DNA of 64,000 bases from Marsupella aquatica (taxonomy: Eukaryota; Plantae; Marchantiophyta), in NCBI GenBank assembly GCA_973895155.1, contig OZ316897.1, positions 1,390,515-1,454,514 on the forward strand. The letters run 5' to 3'. Made by a program: the position numbers and the translations under genes. Of the stretch, positions 14,482 through 25,530 are shown piece after piece. Numbering within the stretch: position 1 is the first letter of the stretch; each line of letters opens with the position of its first letter. A model generated the notes under the pieces. That model was not told the origin of the DNA. It was given only the letters and a program-made list of their open reading frames with translations, and searched no databases.

Positions 14482-17400
14482 CTATAAACCATCAGCATTC
14501 TGCCTCCCTAGAATATAATGCAGTTCCGCAATGGTAAGAATCGGTTGGCTTGGGAGGATATTGTCCACAGGATCAAGCTTGCAGATAACTTTGTAAACCC
14601 AGTACAAGTGTTTACATGGCATGAAAGGTTTCCCTCGAGAATGTCGACGAAAGAAATCTTCACAAGAGCAACAAGGGAAAATGCAAATCTGCACCCAGTA
14701 AGTATTTGCAGTTCGTAAATGTGCATGTGTGCGTATCTGGAATCGTTTCCCGTATGAATTTCCCGATGAAACTTCCATAGTTTTGATCAAAGTCATTGTT
14801 TCTTTCGTTGCTGATTCAATCCTTGTACGATATTCCTGAGTGAGATTTGATCTGGAGCTCATTGCACGCCCGCTTCTCGTTCGAAAACGGATGTTGACTT
14901 GTGCAAGATCGATCTTTTCAGGGAAAACGTCAATGTTGATTCTCAGTTCAAATGGAGAAGGACAACGTGAAATAGCACCTCCTCTCGAGACTTCAATGCC
15001 CTGCTCGTTAAGGAAATTCAACTCCAAACTTGAAAGATGAGTGCCTTTCTGTACTGGCAAAAAGTCTGGGCAAGTAGGGAGGTTCACAATACCTCGACGA
15101 GGGCGGCTCTTCCAGCAATCACGAGTGGGGCAGAACCAGACAAGCTCTGTATGGTGTTCACCTCTGAATAAGCGGTAACCTTTGACGACTATTCCGACAA
15201 CCCCTGCATTTGAAGGATATCCGACCTTCTTAATTTGATTACGACACTCATCTCGATCACAACTTCCAGACAACGTCCCATTACACTGTGGTCCAGCACC
15301 GTGTCTGGAAACTCTCCGCAAATGCCATGACCCCGGTACAGTGTCCACTTCAAAAAGCGAAGTGTCTACAGGAATGAATGGAGTGGTGTTCGGAACACTT
15401 TCTGGAACTTCGGAAGATTGAGTGACATGATGGGAAACTGGAGAGCCACTTTCAGACAAATCAATAACTGGATTCGAAGGAGGAGTTCTAAGTATCAGAA
15501 TGTGCTCAAACTTGGCTGAGGTCAAATTTCTCCTCTTGCAACCTCGGGTGTTTGGCGTAGTTATGAGAACTATGTCATGTCGATGGGAGTCTTGTGGAGA
15601 GACATTCCCGGTCGCCGGACCTTTTCTTTTCACAGACTTCGTCACAAAATCCCCATTCAATGGAGAATCCCTCTCCAAATCAAATTCTGCTGCATTTGCG
15701 AGTAACATATTAGAGGCTTCTTCAAAGAGTTTCGGGGACCCTGCCTGGTCAGCCGAACGAAAAGCCAATTCAAACACTGTAGGACCGGTACCCCGATGGA
15801 GCCCTTCACGATATGCTGTATAGGCTGCTATTTGTGAATTGCTCTGTTGTGATCGGTCTTACATCCTTCGAACAAACCAACTGTTTTCTTTCCCTGCCAT
15901 GCTTTCATGATTCCGTGAACAGCTTCAGAACCAGTGCAATTGGGAATCATCCCCCCTTCAAGTGCACTTTTGCTCTGAAAAAGAGTTTTGTCAAATTCAG
16001 TAAAATATATCAAATAAAAAAGTGGAACTTCAAAATGGGCGGACAAAAGGTATGAATGTTTTCATAATCATTGTGAACATTGAAGAAGCTATCAAGCTAT
16101 TCGTTAGCGCCCGGCGCTGGCAAAAACATCAGTAAATATCACAATTACAGAAGGAATATTAATACTAGCGCCAGGCGCTAGTATACATTGACTCACCAAA
16201 CTATGAAATTTCCCCACTGTCGCCACCTCACAACCCACCATGCGATCCATCCTTGCAACATTCTAAGTTTCCCAGGAATACAATTTCCAGATCTCCACCA
16301 TGAATCAATCTCTCGTGAAACCCTGTAGGCTTCCAAAAATGAAGCGGCATTCCGCAACTTGTCCCAAAGGATTCTATGTTCAACACATTTTTCTTCAAGT
16401 ACTCTTTCGATAGAGTGCCGATGCAAAGACTGATAAAAGTGGAATGCATCCGATCGCTCTCTCTCCGGGTTTGGATGGCCGTCAAAGAAGACATTCCTAA
16501 CCGCTATCCATCCCGCCTGAGCGTTATCCGCCATGAAACCATGGATTTCCACACCGTTTAAACCGTTCTCCAAAGCGACTTCGATCATCAACCTCCAAGC
16601 TTTCTCAAGCGATGCAGTGTCCTCTGCTTTGAGTTCACAAGTAAATATTGTGCACAAAGCTCAATAGTTATGGTCATACACATGTGCACTAAAAGTACTC
16701 CATTCTTTGGACATCCTTTTCATCACGTCAAAGCTCACCCATGCTCCTTCTAGAGGCCCCCCTTTCTTCATCTGACGCAGTAAATCTACTCCCGATCCAT
16801 GACCTTTGATAGTCATTTTGAAAATATGCGCTCTATCACCTTTACAGCCCTGCCCAGGAAGAAGATATCTTTGGAGAAATGGAAACGTAACATTCTTCTG
16901 CATGCGAACCAGATATTCCAAATCACCTCGACCAACCTGATCTTTGCGAACGCTCTTAAATAACGCAGAAAACTTCTGAGGCGTTGAAACGAGCATAAGT
17001 GATTTCCAGATTTCTGATTCTTCTAGCTTTGAAATGTCATCCACAGACTCACCTACGGCATCCATTAAAGATCCAGTGATCTCATTTTTCAAAACGCACG
17101 ATGTAGAAGAAGGAGACTTCTCATGCTGTCTCCGTATTTCTTGTATTGCTATTTTCTCAGCACTTCTAGACCAGACCTTCCGACATGGATGGTTGTGCAC
17201 TCCTATATGGATTGCAAGTCGTGACATGTGTTTTGCAGTGTCATTTTTGATCAAAACTTGCGGGTACATATAAAACATTTTTGCTGGACAAGACTCAACA
17301 CAAAATGGAACTTGAAGGCAATAGCGACAAACAATTCCTCCAGCATCGATAAACCTCCCAGGACAATGCTGACCAGAGAGCTTGGGGATCCCATCCCATC

Positions 17401-18226
17401 TATTACAGTTTTTGACTTGAGTCCTGGTGTAAAACTCACATGCTCTATTTTGGCATTCGAGAGAACCACTACAGCTTACTTTCCCAAACTCCCACATCTT
17501 CTTCGGAATGACATTAGCAGAAGTAGGAAGGATTCTAGTCCAAAGGTAGCAGTCCTTGCATCGATCCATGTTTCGCAGACGATCCCCTTTCGAGCCAACA
17601 CCTTGAACAGGTGGAAGCTCAAATATGGTATTCCCATTGTACTCTACAGGTAAGCATTCAACCTGTTTGTGAATGAATGCCTCGGACCTAACAAAGCGCG
17701 CTAACTCACTTTGTCTAGTTGACTTCAACAAGGCATCAAGTGTGCTTCTTCTGTACACAACCAGAACAGGATGAGTTAGAGTGTCTCCATCAGCAGACTC
17801 CTCCGACGGAATCAATACAGGGGGTACCTGGGGCGTCAACAAACTGGTACTTCCGCCCTCCTTATTGACCTCACCGCCCCTTGAGATTGGTGGAGAACCC
17901 TCAGAGCATTCAGCGTCGGACGTAAGGTCAATCACATCATGAGCGACCTGGTTACTCTCCACTTTGACATGAACGATGTCCCTTAGTTGAATGAAAATCA
18001 AGTACTCCACGCCATATTCGAGATTCCAAACAACATCCTCCGCTTCAGTATCAAAATGAGCGGGCCCATCGTTCAAAGTTCTGATACTCAAAATATGTTT
18101 TCTCGTCACCCCAAATCTTCCACACAGGTAATTATCACTAACACGTTTCTTGGTTTCGGAAATCGACACAGGGATCGTCACAACGTCACCTGTATTCGGA
18201 CACGTTATTCCAATAATGCGAGACAT
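14482..18226 (-). pseudogene. MULE transposase (N-terminal Cys/His Zn domain, DDE core, C-terminal SWIM), disrupted
   Basis: Motifs: HIGVHNHP; first D in VSFDVMKR; second D in FMADNAQA; DAFH at the CxxH position; E in NCTGSEAVHG; SWIM CSCEDF..PCKHL. In-frame stop at 16661-16663, intron ~15975-16196 (phase unresolved), frameshift ~15835. Confidence 0.8.
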
Positions 18227-19460
18227 TCTAACTCCCCAAAGATAACCGACTACATAAAATAATGATACATGGTAAGATCAATCTAGATTGTATGATTGAG
18301 GGTTTCTTCTAAATCCAAGTCTCAAAAGGAAAGAGCCGTCTAGCGGTTATAGGATCCGTTGGGTACGGATTTTCTTACCGTTCAAGAAACGACAAAACCA
18401 TCGATTCTGTGGAAAGTTACTGTTAAATTAATGGTTTTGACGTTGTAACCAACGGGGTAATATAGTAGCGCCAGGCGCTAGCATTGTCCACATCTGAAAT
18501 AGCCCCAAAAATGAACAACAAAAGAAAAGATCATCGACCATTTTGGTTACTGACACAGGTTAAAAATCCTACGATAGGTTTCGGGTTTGCTTGGAAATAT
18601 ATTGGGTTTCCTTGGAAATACCCCCTTATTTATGTCAGACGACAATATTACCCTTTGCTAATATTAAAATCGATCCATTTGAGCTCGATTACAAGCTATC
18701 ATAATAATAGCGCCAGGCGCTATCATACAAGTCATAAAATTGTCAAGATGTACTCGCACATTATTTATAGAAACTTACACATTTTGGGTCCAAACATATA
18801 CCATTTTTCATGTGTCTCGTTACTAGCGTCGGGCGCTATTATTGAAATCTATACATTTGAGCCATATTTGACACTAAAAGAAAATAGCGCCTGGGACTTT
18901 CGTAAACTTTATAGAAACAGAATCCGTTTATTACAAAACCTTTCACGCTTTAGTCCATTCATTCGCTTGATTTTTTAGTACAATGTTACTAGCGCCAGAC
19001 GCTATTATTAAAATACATCATTTTAAGATATATTTTAGTCTAGCATAATAATAGCGCCAGGCGCTAATATTAGATCGAAGTAGAATACTCAGATAAACGG
19101 TCTTTTTAAACGGTAACTTTGACCGTTTATCGTTACAATTTATAACGAATTCTTGGATAAATATATTCACGAGTACCTATAACTAGTTAAAATGTGACAA
19201 GTGTCAACCTTTAGTAGGTCTGCTTTTGGATGCTCGTGCTTTTCGATGAGTACTTGTGATACATGTCGGTCTGCCACAGGGTATATCAGATAAGATCTTT
19301 TCGCAATAGTGTCTTCCTTGATCGTTAGAACGGCCTCTGTGCACGTTTAGGATCATTGTCGATCATTCGTCCATATCGGTACAGCACCACAAGAAACGTT
19401 GCATCACGCAAGAAGCACGTTGCAGTGCTGGTTCCCCGTGTGTATGCATCTTAAACAAAC

Positions 19461-22400
19461 ATGGAGAATCATTCTCCTGGCCATTCTGAAACATCTGAGT
19501 CCTCATTCTCCGGATCAGTTTATACTCGGAGAGTCACTCGTTCGTCTGCGTCAAACTCTTTGCGAAACATTAGTCAGGCGATTCCAAAGCCAAAACGAGG
19601 CATCATGGAGTCTTACGGAGATTTTGCGATGGAGGACGGGGGCGAGGGAGTCCTCTCCATGGATGCTGTGATCAAGAAATACGCAATGTCGTTTGGAGTC
19701 GATTTCAGAGGGGAGAAGAAAGAGCCACCGCGTATCCCTCTTTGTCGGCTTGTTCACATGGAAATCGTTTGGACCTTGCAAAAAAATAGTGCATCTATCA
19801 ATAAGCTCAAGGATTCGTTTCGGAGCTCTGGGTACAACTCTTCAATTGGGATGCGGTTTTACGTACAGCCCACGGATTCAGAAGGAGTCGTTCAATTCTG
19901 CACGCCTGAAATTGGGAGACCTGGGATGCTGTTTGGGTTGCCCAGAACGACTTGTTTGAAGCAGAATGTGCTACTGATCCAGATTTCCATATTCTGAAGG
20001 ATAAGATGTTCAGTGTTTTTGACGGGAATCATCGACTCTACTCGTGGACCCAAGTAACAAATGAGAATCCAGACAATATCAATTACCATCCGCGTGTTCA
20101 ATGCACTGTTTTTAAGGGAGATCGAGGTTCTCTAGTTGAGCTTGAATCGGCTATGCACACGGTGAACCAATAAGTATTCCTCAAGTTGCATAAACGCTAT
20201 TGAATTTGGTCGATTGCGCTTGATTTTTGCAAGGTTAGTTAGCGCCAGGCGCTAATATTTTCCATTATATCTTACAGGTTAGGGCAAGCTGTGGTGGAAC
20301 CATCATGGATTCTCGATGCCGATAGAATCAATAGGATTTTAACTCACGACTTGGAGGCCTACAAGCCGATCATCGGCCCCGGAAGCTTCAAGCGATTTCA
20401 AACTGTTCGTGCCAAAACAAGAAAGGGGTCTTGGTATACCAAGCAGATGCCATTGGAAGCATTGGTTTACATCTTGTGTGAAAACAAGATTAAGTCATAT
20501 TCACTTCAATTTAAGCTTGACTTGGCTGCTGCGGCAAGTCAAGGTCGCCCGTGGTCGTCTGAAGAGACTGGTAAGCGGTATGCTGCCATGATGAAGGAGG
20601 CAACGAAGGAGTGGAGCATAAAGACATCCAAGATTACCCCCTGATAAGCCCAGAGTTTGGTGATTTTCTGTCAACTTGTGCAGAAATGTACATTCTTACG
20701 GAGAGGAACAAACGAGAAAAGAAGCCGGACTCTGTAGTATGTACAATGGACCGCGCGCGTCTATTCACTGCTGTCTCCTACTTGGATCCACAACTGCGCT
20801 GTACTCTTCTTGTCGCTCACTGTACACCCGAGCTCAGAAAACAATTTTACCATCCCCCGAGTGTGAATGATGACCCTGTTAAACAGTGGTGTCATACATG
20901 GCACATGTGGAGTTTGGTGGAAGGAATTGCAATTGCAATTTTACAGACATCTCTTTCGCAAGTCCAGTCGATCCTACCTGCTGATCGTCTAACGCTAGGA
21001 GGAGTGGAGACGTTTGAAGCATTGGTCTTGAACATCACTAATGATTTCAAGACATACGGTGAAACAATGAAGGCGAAGTTTTTTAGCACAATTTGGCAAT
21101 CCAAGTACGGAGACAAGGAAGACTATACCATTCGCAACCAGAAGCGAGCCAAGAGATATCTGTATCGCTTCTACATGGCCATGGAGACCAGTTCTCCAGA
21201 GTATTTTTGGGCTTACCCTCTTGCATTCCAGAAATGGTCCGTTCTAGAGGGGGATGCTTCTAGCGAAGTTTACTCAATGTACCCTGCCGAAGGGGACGTT
21301 CCACCACGTGAAATTTCATTGTGGGAGATAACCCACTGTCCATGGTATCTTGACACAGATAAGTGGGACACCCCTTTCGATGAAGCTGAAAAGGATGCAT
21401 TTCTGAAATTATCAAAGTCTTTAGTGCCTCGGAAAGTTCTCTCTGAAATGAAACAAGGTTTATCGGAAGATGTAGATGCCTCGGCGAGCAAGCTGCAGAA
21501 ACATTGCGAAACAGAAGTTTTGCATGTAGACAAGAGTCGAAAACCCCGAGCGAAAGCAAAAGTAGACACTGGAGTAACCAGCCCATCAACGAGATCTGGG
21601 AAGAAACGTGAGATTCTTCTATTTTTCATTGGCATTCAGTATTTTCACTTCACTAGTTTGGATATTTAGGTGACTTTTTGTTAAGCACCACATATGTTGG
21701 TGTGCCTTTATTGCTTGATTTTTGTGCAGTTTGGTTAGCGCCCGACGCTTGTGTTATTTTCCAGTGGCATTCTGTATTGTTTTGACGAGCGCTGCAGATC
21801 AAGATGTCTATTTGGTTAGCACCCGGGAGTGAAATTTGGTTAGCACCCGGCGCTGGTGTTATGTGGACCGTAATCTTGGAAACTTTTGTATCTTTTTCTA
21901 GGTGGACGGAAATCGGATGGAGAAGAAACACAAGATGCAAAGACGACTGTCACTCCTGGAGTCTTTGAAGCTGATACGGGGGAACAAGATGTCCCTGATG
22001 AACAGACTCCTCCCAACACGGAGAAGATGGTGCGACCTGCAGATGCCACCAGCACAAAGAAAAAGAAAAAGAAATCTTCGAATCATGGATTTTCCTCTCG
22101 GGATTCGGTCGCTTCTAGTGGTGTTCAACGAGATGTTGGACAGTTCAAGTCTAAGACTTCTAGGCATGTTTTTGTTGAGTCCAGTGTAATGGACTTCTTT
22201 GAGAGTGTGTTCACGAAAGAGCAGAAACCAGCTTGGGTGTCAAATGTGGAGAAGTGGGTGAAAGACCTAGTCTTGCTTGGTCTAAGGGAGAAAGGAGTCA
22301 TAAGAGGAGGAAAGATAAGATCATTTGGAGTTGATGCTGGATTCGTTTACCTCCCAACTGGACTGCGTCCATCCCTTTTAGAGAAGAAGTCTCCAAAATG

Positions 22401-23761
22401 GAATTCCCCAGATCACAGAATTGTTGGTTCATTCTTTTGCGCAATGGACCCCTTTCTAGCAGATGATGGTATATTGGCCATTTTGCATACTGGCGAGTAT
22501 GATCAGATCTCGCAGGTCATTGCCGCGAGCCAGGATTCTCAAAAGTTTCAGTGTGTGAAAACCCTGAACGTGGTTATGGGAGTTCCAATGTACATGGCCC
22601 GAAATGATTGCCAGGTAAATTCTCTCACTCTTCGTGATGTCCTTTGTTAGCGTCGAGCGCTAGCTAAAAATGTTTTCATTACCCTTTGTTAGCGCCTGGC
22701 GCTATCCAAATTTCATTGTTATGCCGTGATTTGAATGATTTTCTGGTTGGATCGTCGGCATCTTAACAATGGACTTTGTTGGGATTTCACAGGTTTTCAC
22801 ATTGAGATTGGATCTGTTCAGTCGTGTTTTGTCAAAGGTTAAGGTTCCAAAGGACCCCAAGTTTCGACCCCTCTCTGCAACTGAAGATCCTTCTATCACT
22901 AACCTTATTGGTCTCCCGAGTGTGAAGAAGGATCCAACTCCTTCAGCAGCGTTTGCTGGCAATGGACGCTTGTCCGTTGGGTTCATGCAATCTGTGTTAG
23001 AGTTAATCACTCGTCCGGGTGACATTGTCATGGACTGGACTGTGGGTTCGGGAAGTACATTTGTTGCTGGTGACTATTGTGGACGTTTTATTCTTGGTAT
23101 AGAAAACCGAAAAGAGTTTGTTGAGATTGCGGAAAAGACATGGATGGATTTATTGATTCCAAAGGATGTCAGTTCCTCATCTCCCGCTAAAGATGTGGGA
23201 AGAAAACAAAAAGATAAAGTTCGTTCTATCTTAAATTTTGACTCTGAAGATGAAGAGGATGGAGATGCTGTTGGAGATGATGCTTTAGGAGGACAAGGAG
23301 AGGAAAATGACGGAGACGAGAAGGAGAGGCATACGACGGAAGAAACAGAAGATTCAGATTCTTCTGAGTAATGCCCGTAAGCTACTTCACTTTACATTAT
23401 CGATTCTGTTACTATCCCATTTTCATTTTCAATTCTAATATGGTTCCGTTCCTCTTCCAGATCAGAGTGGAATCTTCAAGAACGTTTTAATCTTCGGAGG
23501 AAATCCTCGAGAAAAGTTCTCATTTCTCCTCAGAAGCCTTTCGTTTTGCCATCGTATGCAGAATATGCTGCCCGAAAAGAAGAACAGAGGAGAACCCTTA
23601 CTTGGGAGAGTAAGGGCTTAAGGTTAAGAAGAGGTTCAGATAGGAAATTCATCCATCAGCCTTTACTCAACGATGGACCTAGAAGCGAATTTATAGATGA
23701 CGAAGCTGAGTCTACGGATAGGTCTGGCAGTAGCGAGTCCGAGTCTTCTGACTTGGAATAG
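19461..23761 (+). pseudogene. Multi-exon ParB/Srx-like domain + beta-class N4/N6 DNA methyltransferase-like fusion (cargo gene), disrupted
   Basis: Exons ~19461-20169, 20278-21607, 21902-22614, 22792-23367 and 23461-23761, joined by GT-AG introns that keep frame (first donor mutated to ATAAGT). Frameshifts at ~19910 and ~20630. ParB-like: RIPLCRL..INKLKDSFRSSGY..FSVFDGNHRL. MTase: ELITRPGDIVMDWTVGSGSTFVAGDYCGRFILGIENRKEFVEIA. Confidence 0.8.
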
Positions 23762-24061
23762 GTTGAATGGGAATTTCTAAGGTTTTCTTTGGAACCTTGT
23801 ACTAGCGCCCGACGCTATTAAACAGGGTGTTCGGATCTGAGACTTTAAATGAGTTAGACGCACCGGGAGTCTCTTGCCTGAGTGCATATTTGTGCAGATA
23901 TCAGAAATGCATGTACTCGTACAGTTGTACGGTGAATAATTATACCTTCAGTCTGTATGTATTTTGGTTTGTGGTTGATATGATCGTTTGGACTCTCTCA
24001 AAGTGTAGTATTTGTTGAACTTCGGGATTGGTCAACTTCGAGTTTGTTCAACCCTAAACGG

Positions 24062-24190
24062 ATTTCTCCCTTTCATTTCTGTGACGCGCCGACTCACCTC
24101 TTCGCTTCGTTTTGTTTGTGCACTGCCCAGACTCACCTCTTCCCTTCATTTCATTTCTGGTCTGCCCGGACTCACCTCTTCTCTTCTCCC
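24062..24190 (+). repeat. Short tandem repeat, ~40 bp period (GACTCACCTCTTC core, 3 copies)
   Basis: Direct inspection; lies just upstream of ORF 24223. Confidence 0.7.
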
Positions 24191-24222
24191 TGAGTTTTGC
24201 ATCCGTTGTTTTCATCGACTGA

Positions 24223-24633
24223 ATGGATAAGGGAAAGCAAATAGCGAAATCGGAGAGTTGCAACCCGCCAAAGGCGATGGTTTGGAGGTCGATTAGAGAT
24301 CCGGGTTTAGATTTGACTCCATCTTTTACACAGTGCCCGGAGACGTCGACCGAGAGGAACAGGTTGTGGCTGGCCGCGGATGAGGGTATTAGCCACAGAA
24401 CTGGACACCTTCCATCGCGTGATCCTTCGCCTCCACTTCCTTTCCGAGAGAGGTTCTCTGTTCACGACCCTGATCCTTCGAATGTGTATCGGGTGGAAAG
24501 GACAGCTTTTTTCAGAGACATCCAAGCAGACACCGGACGTGTGAGCTTTTCAGATTCGAACATCCCGAACGACCGGAGTCGGAGTCGCTATCCCGGACCT
24601 CAATTTTTTCTAGATCGAGAGGATGGGTTTTGA
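24223..24633 (+). CDS. Possible third small MULE ORF (136 aa, unknown function)
   Basis: ATG-initiated open frame MDKGKQIA.. inside the TIRs; no known motif. Confidence 0.3.
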   Translation: MDKGKQIAKSESCNPPKAMVWRSIRDPGLDLTPSFTQCPETSTERNRLWLAADEGISHRTGHLPSRDPSPPLPFRERFSVHDPDPSNVYRVERTAFFRDIQADTGRVSFSDSNIPNDRSRSRYPGPQFFLDREDGF

Positions 24634-25263
24634 CAGGATGAGGATAGGTTCAAAGTTGGGTTGGACGACGACTGCTTGTCTTCTACTTCCTAGAGAGTGT
24701 GGATTTCTTCTCGACGCTAGCGCCTGGCGCTAGCTTTCATCTCATCGTTGGAGTCGTTCATGAGTTTGATTCATGTCATCTTTTTGAATGGGGGCTCCGG
24801 TTCGGCCGAGTTAGCTTTATTGCTCCTTCCATTTTGTTATCGCATTAGGTTTATTGAGTATGTTATTAGGGTTATTTCTTTTTCTCGAAGGTTATGGACT
24901 TTAATTATCTTCTGGATATCAATGTAATTTCAAGTAGCGCGTGTTGCTAGCACCTGGCGCTACTATTATATGTTCTATTCTCCTCCACAATTATATAAAC
25001 CCGCCTCTATACAATTGTTTCTTTCATCTCTCTTTTTTCTAGTGTCCTCCAAATATGCTGCGAATACTATGCGTGGCTATTTTATTGTTTAAATTGGTTG
25101 TTTCCTGTTACTGGAATCGGGTCCCTGTCAGATGGAAAGCCCTGTGACAAAATGATCTTTAAGCTTGATCCGATGTATTCGGTCTTACCGAGCCAGCCAA
25201 TTGTGAATGTCGGAGAACTCCAGTTCATCTTAGGAAGGGAGAATCTGCATGGTTAATAGGAAT

Positions 25264-25530
25264 TTTGATCATTCGACGATACGTTGAATGAACATTTTGT
25301 TAATGTTGTTTTGAACGGCAACAAACTCTTTGTTAGCGCTTGGCGCTAGTAAAACTTTTCTTTCCATAATTGCTATAGAGAACTCTAAACATATTGGAGT
25401 TCCTATTGAAATTGGCCTCCTTTTTTGTCCAAAATTATGTCATCTTTTGTGTATGCTAGTACCAAATCTCCTGTTTTGTTCCTCTCTTTTTCTTGTTATG
25501 ATTGTTACTGTTTTATGTTTCCTGTCACGG
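25264..25530 (-). repeat. Right terminal inverted repeat of the MULE
   Basis: Ends ..TGTTTCCTGTCACGG and is colinear with the left TIR over ~260 bp. Confidence 0.85.

Larger units (their letters stand above)
14221..25348. repeat. Dispersed 15-bp palindrome TAGCGCCNGGCGCTA, ~19 copies
   Basis: Copies start at 14221, 14392, 16105, 16166, 18466, 18708, 18824, 18990, 19052, 20240, 21736, 21841, 22648, 22690, 23803, 24718, 24948 and 25334, with partials at 14025, 18885 and 21817. Confidence 0.95.
13848..25530. mobile_element. Mutator-like (MULE) DNA transposon, ~11.7 kb, carrying a ParB-like/DNA-methyltransferase-like cargo gene
   Basis: Imperfect ~260 bp TIRs starting CCGTGACAGGAAACA at both ends, a DDE + SWIM transposase, and element-restricted palindromes. 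No convincing TSD. Confidence 0.85.

Noticed and set aside
18484-18978. 164-aa ORF between the MULE genes
   Set aside because: Non-ATG start, AT-rich palindrome-containing intergenic DNA, no motif.
19461-23761. Bacterial contamination as the source of the ParB/MTase gene
   Set aside because: The gene has spliceosomal introns and lies within a plant-type transposon contiguous with plant retroelements.
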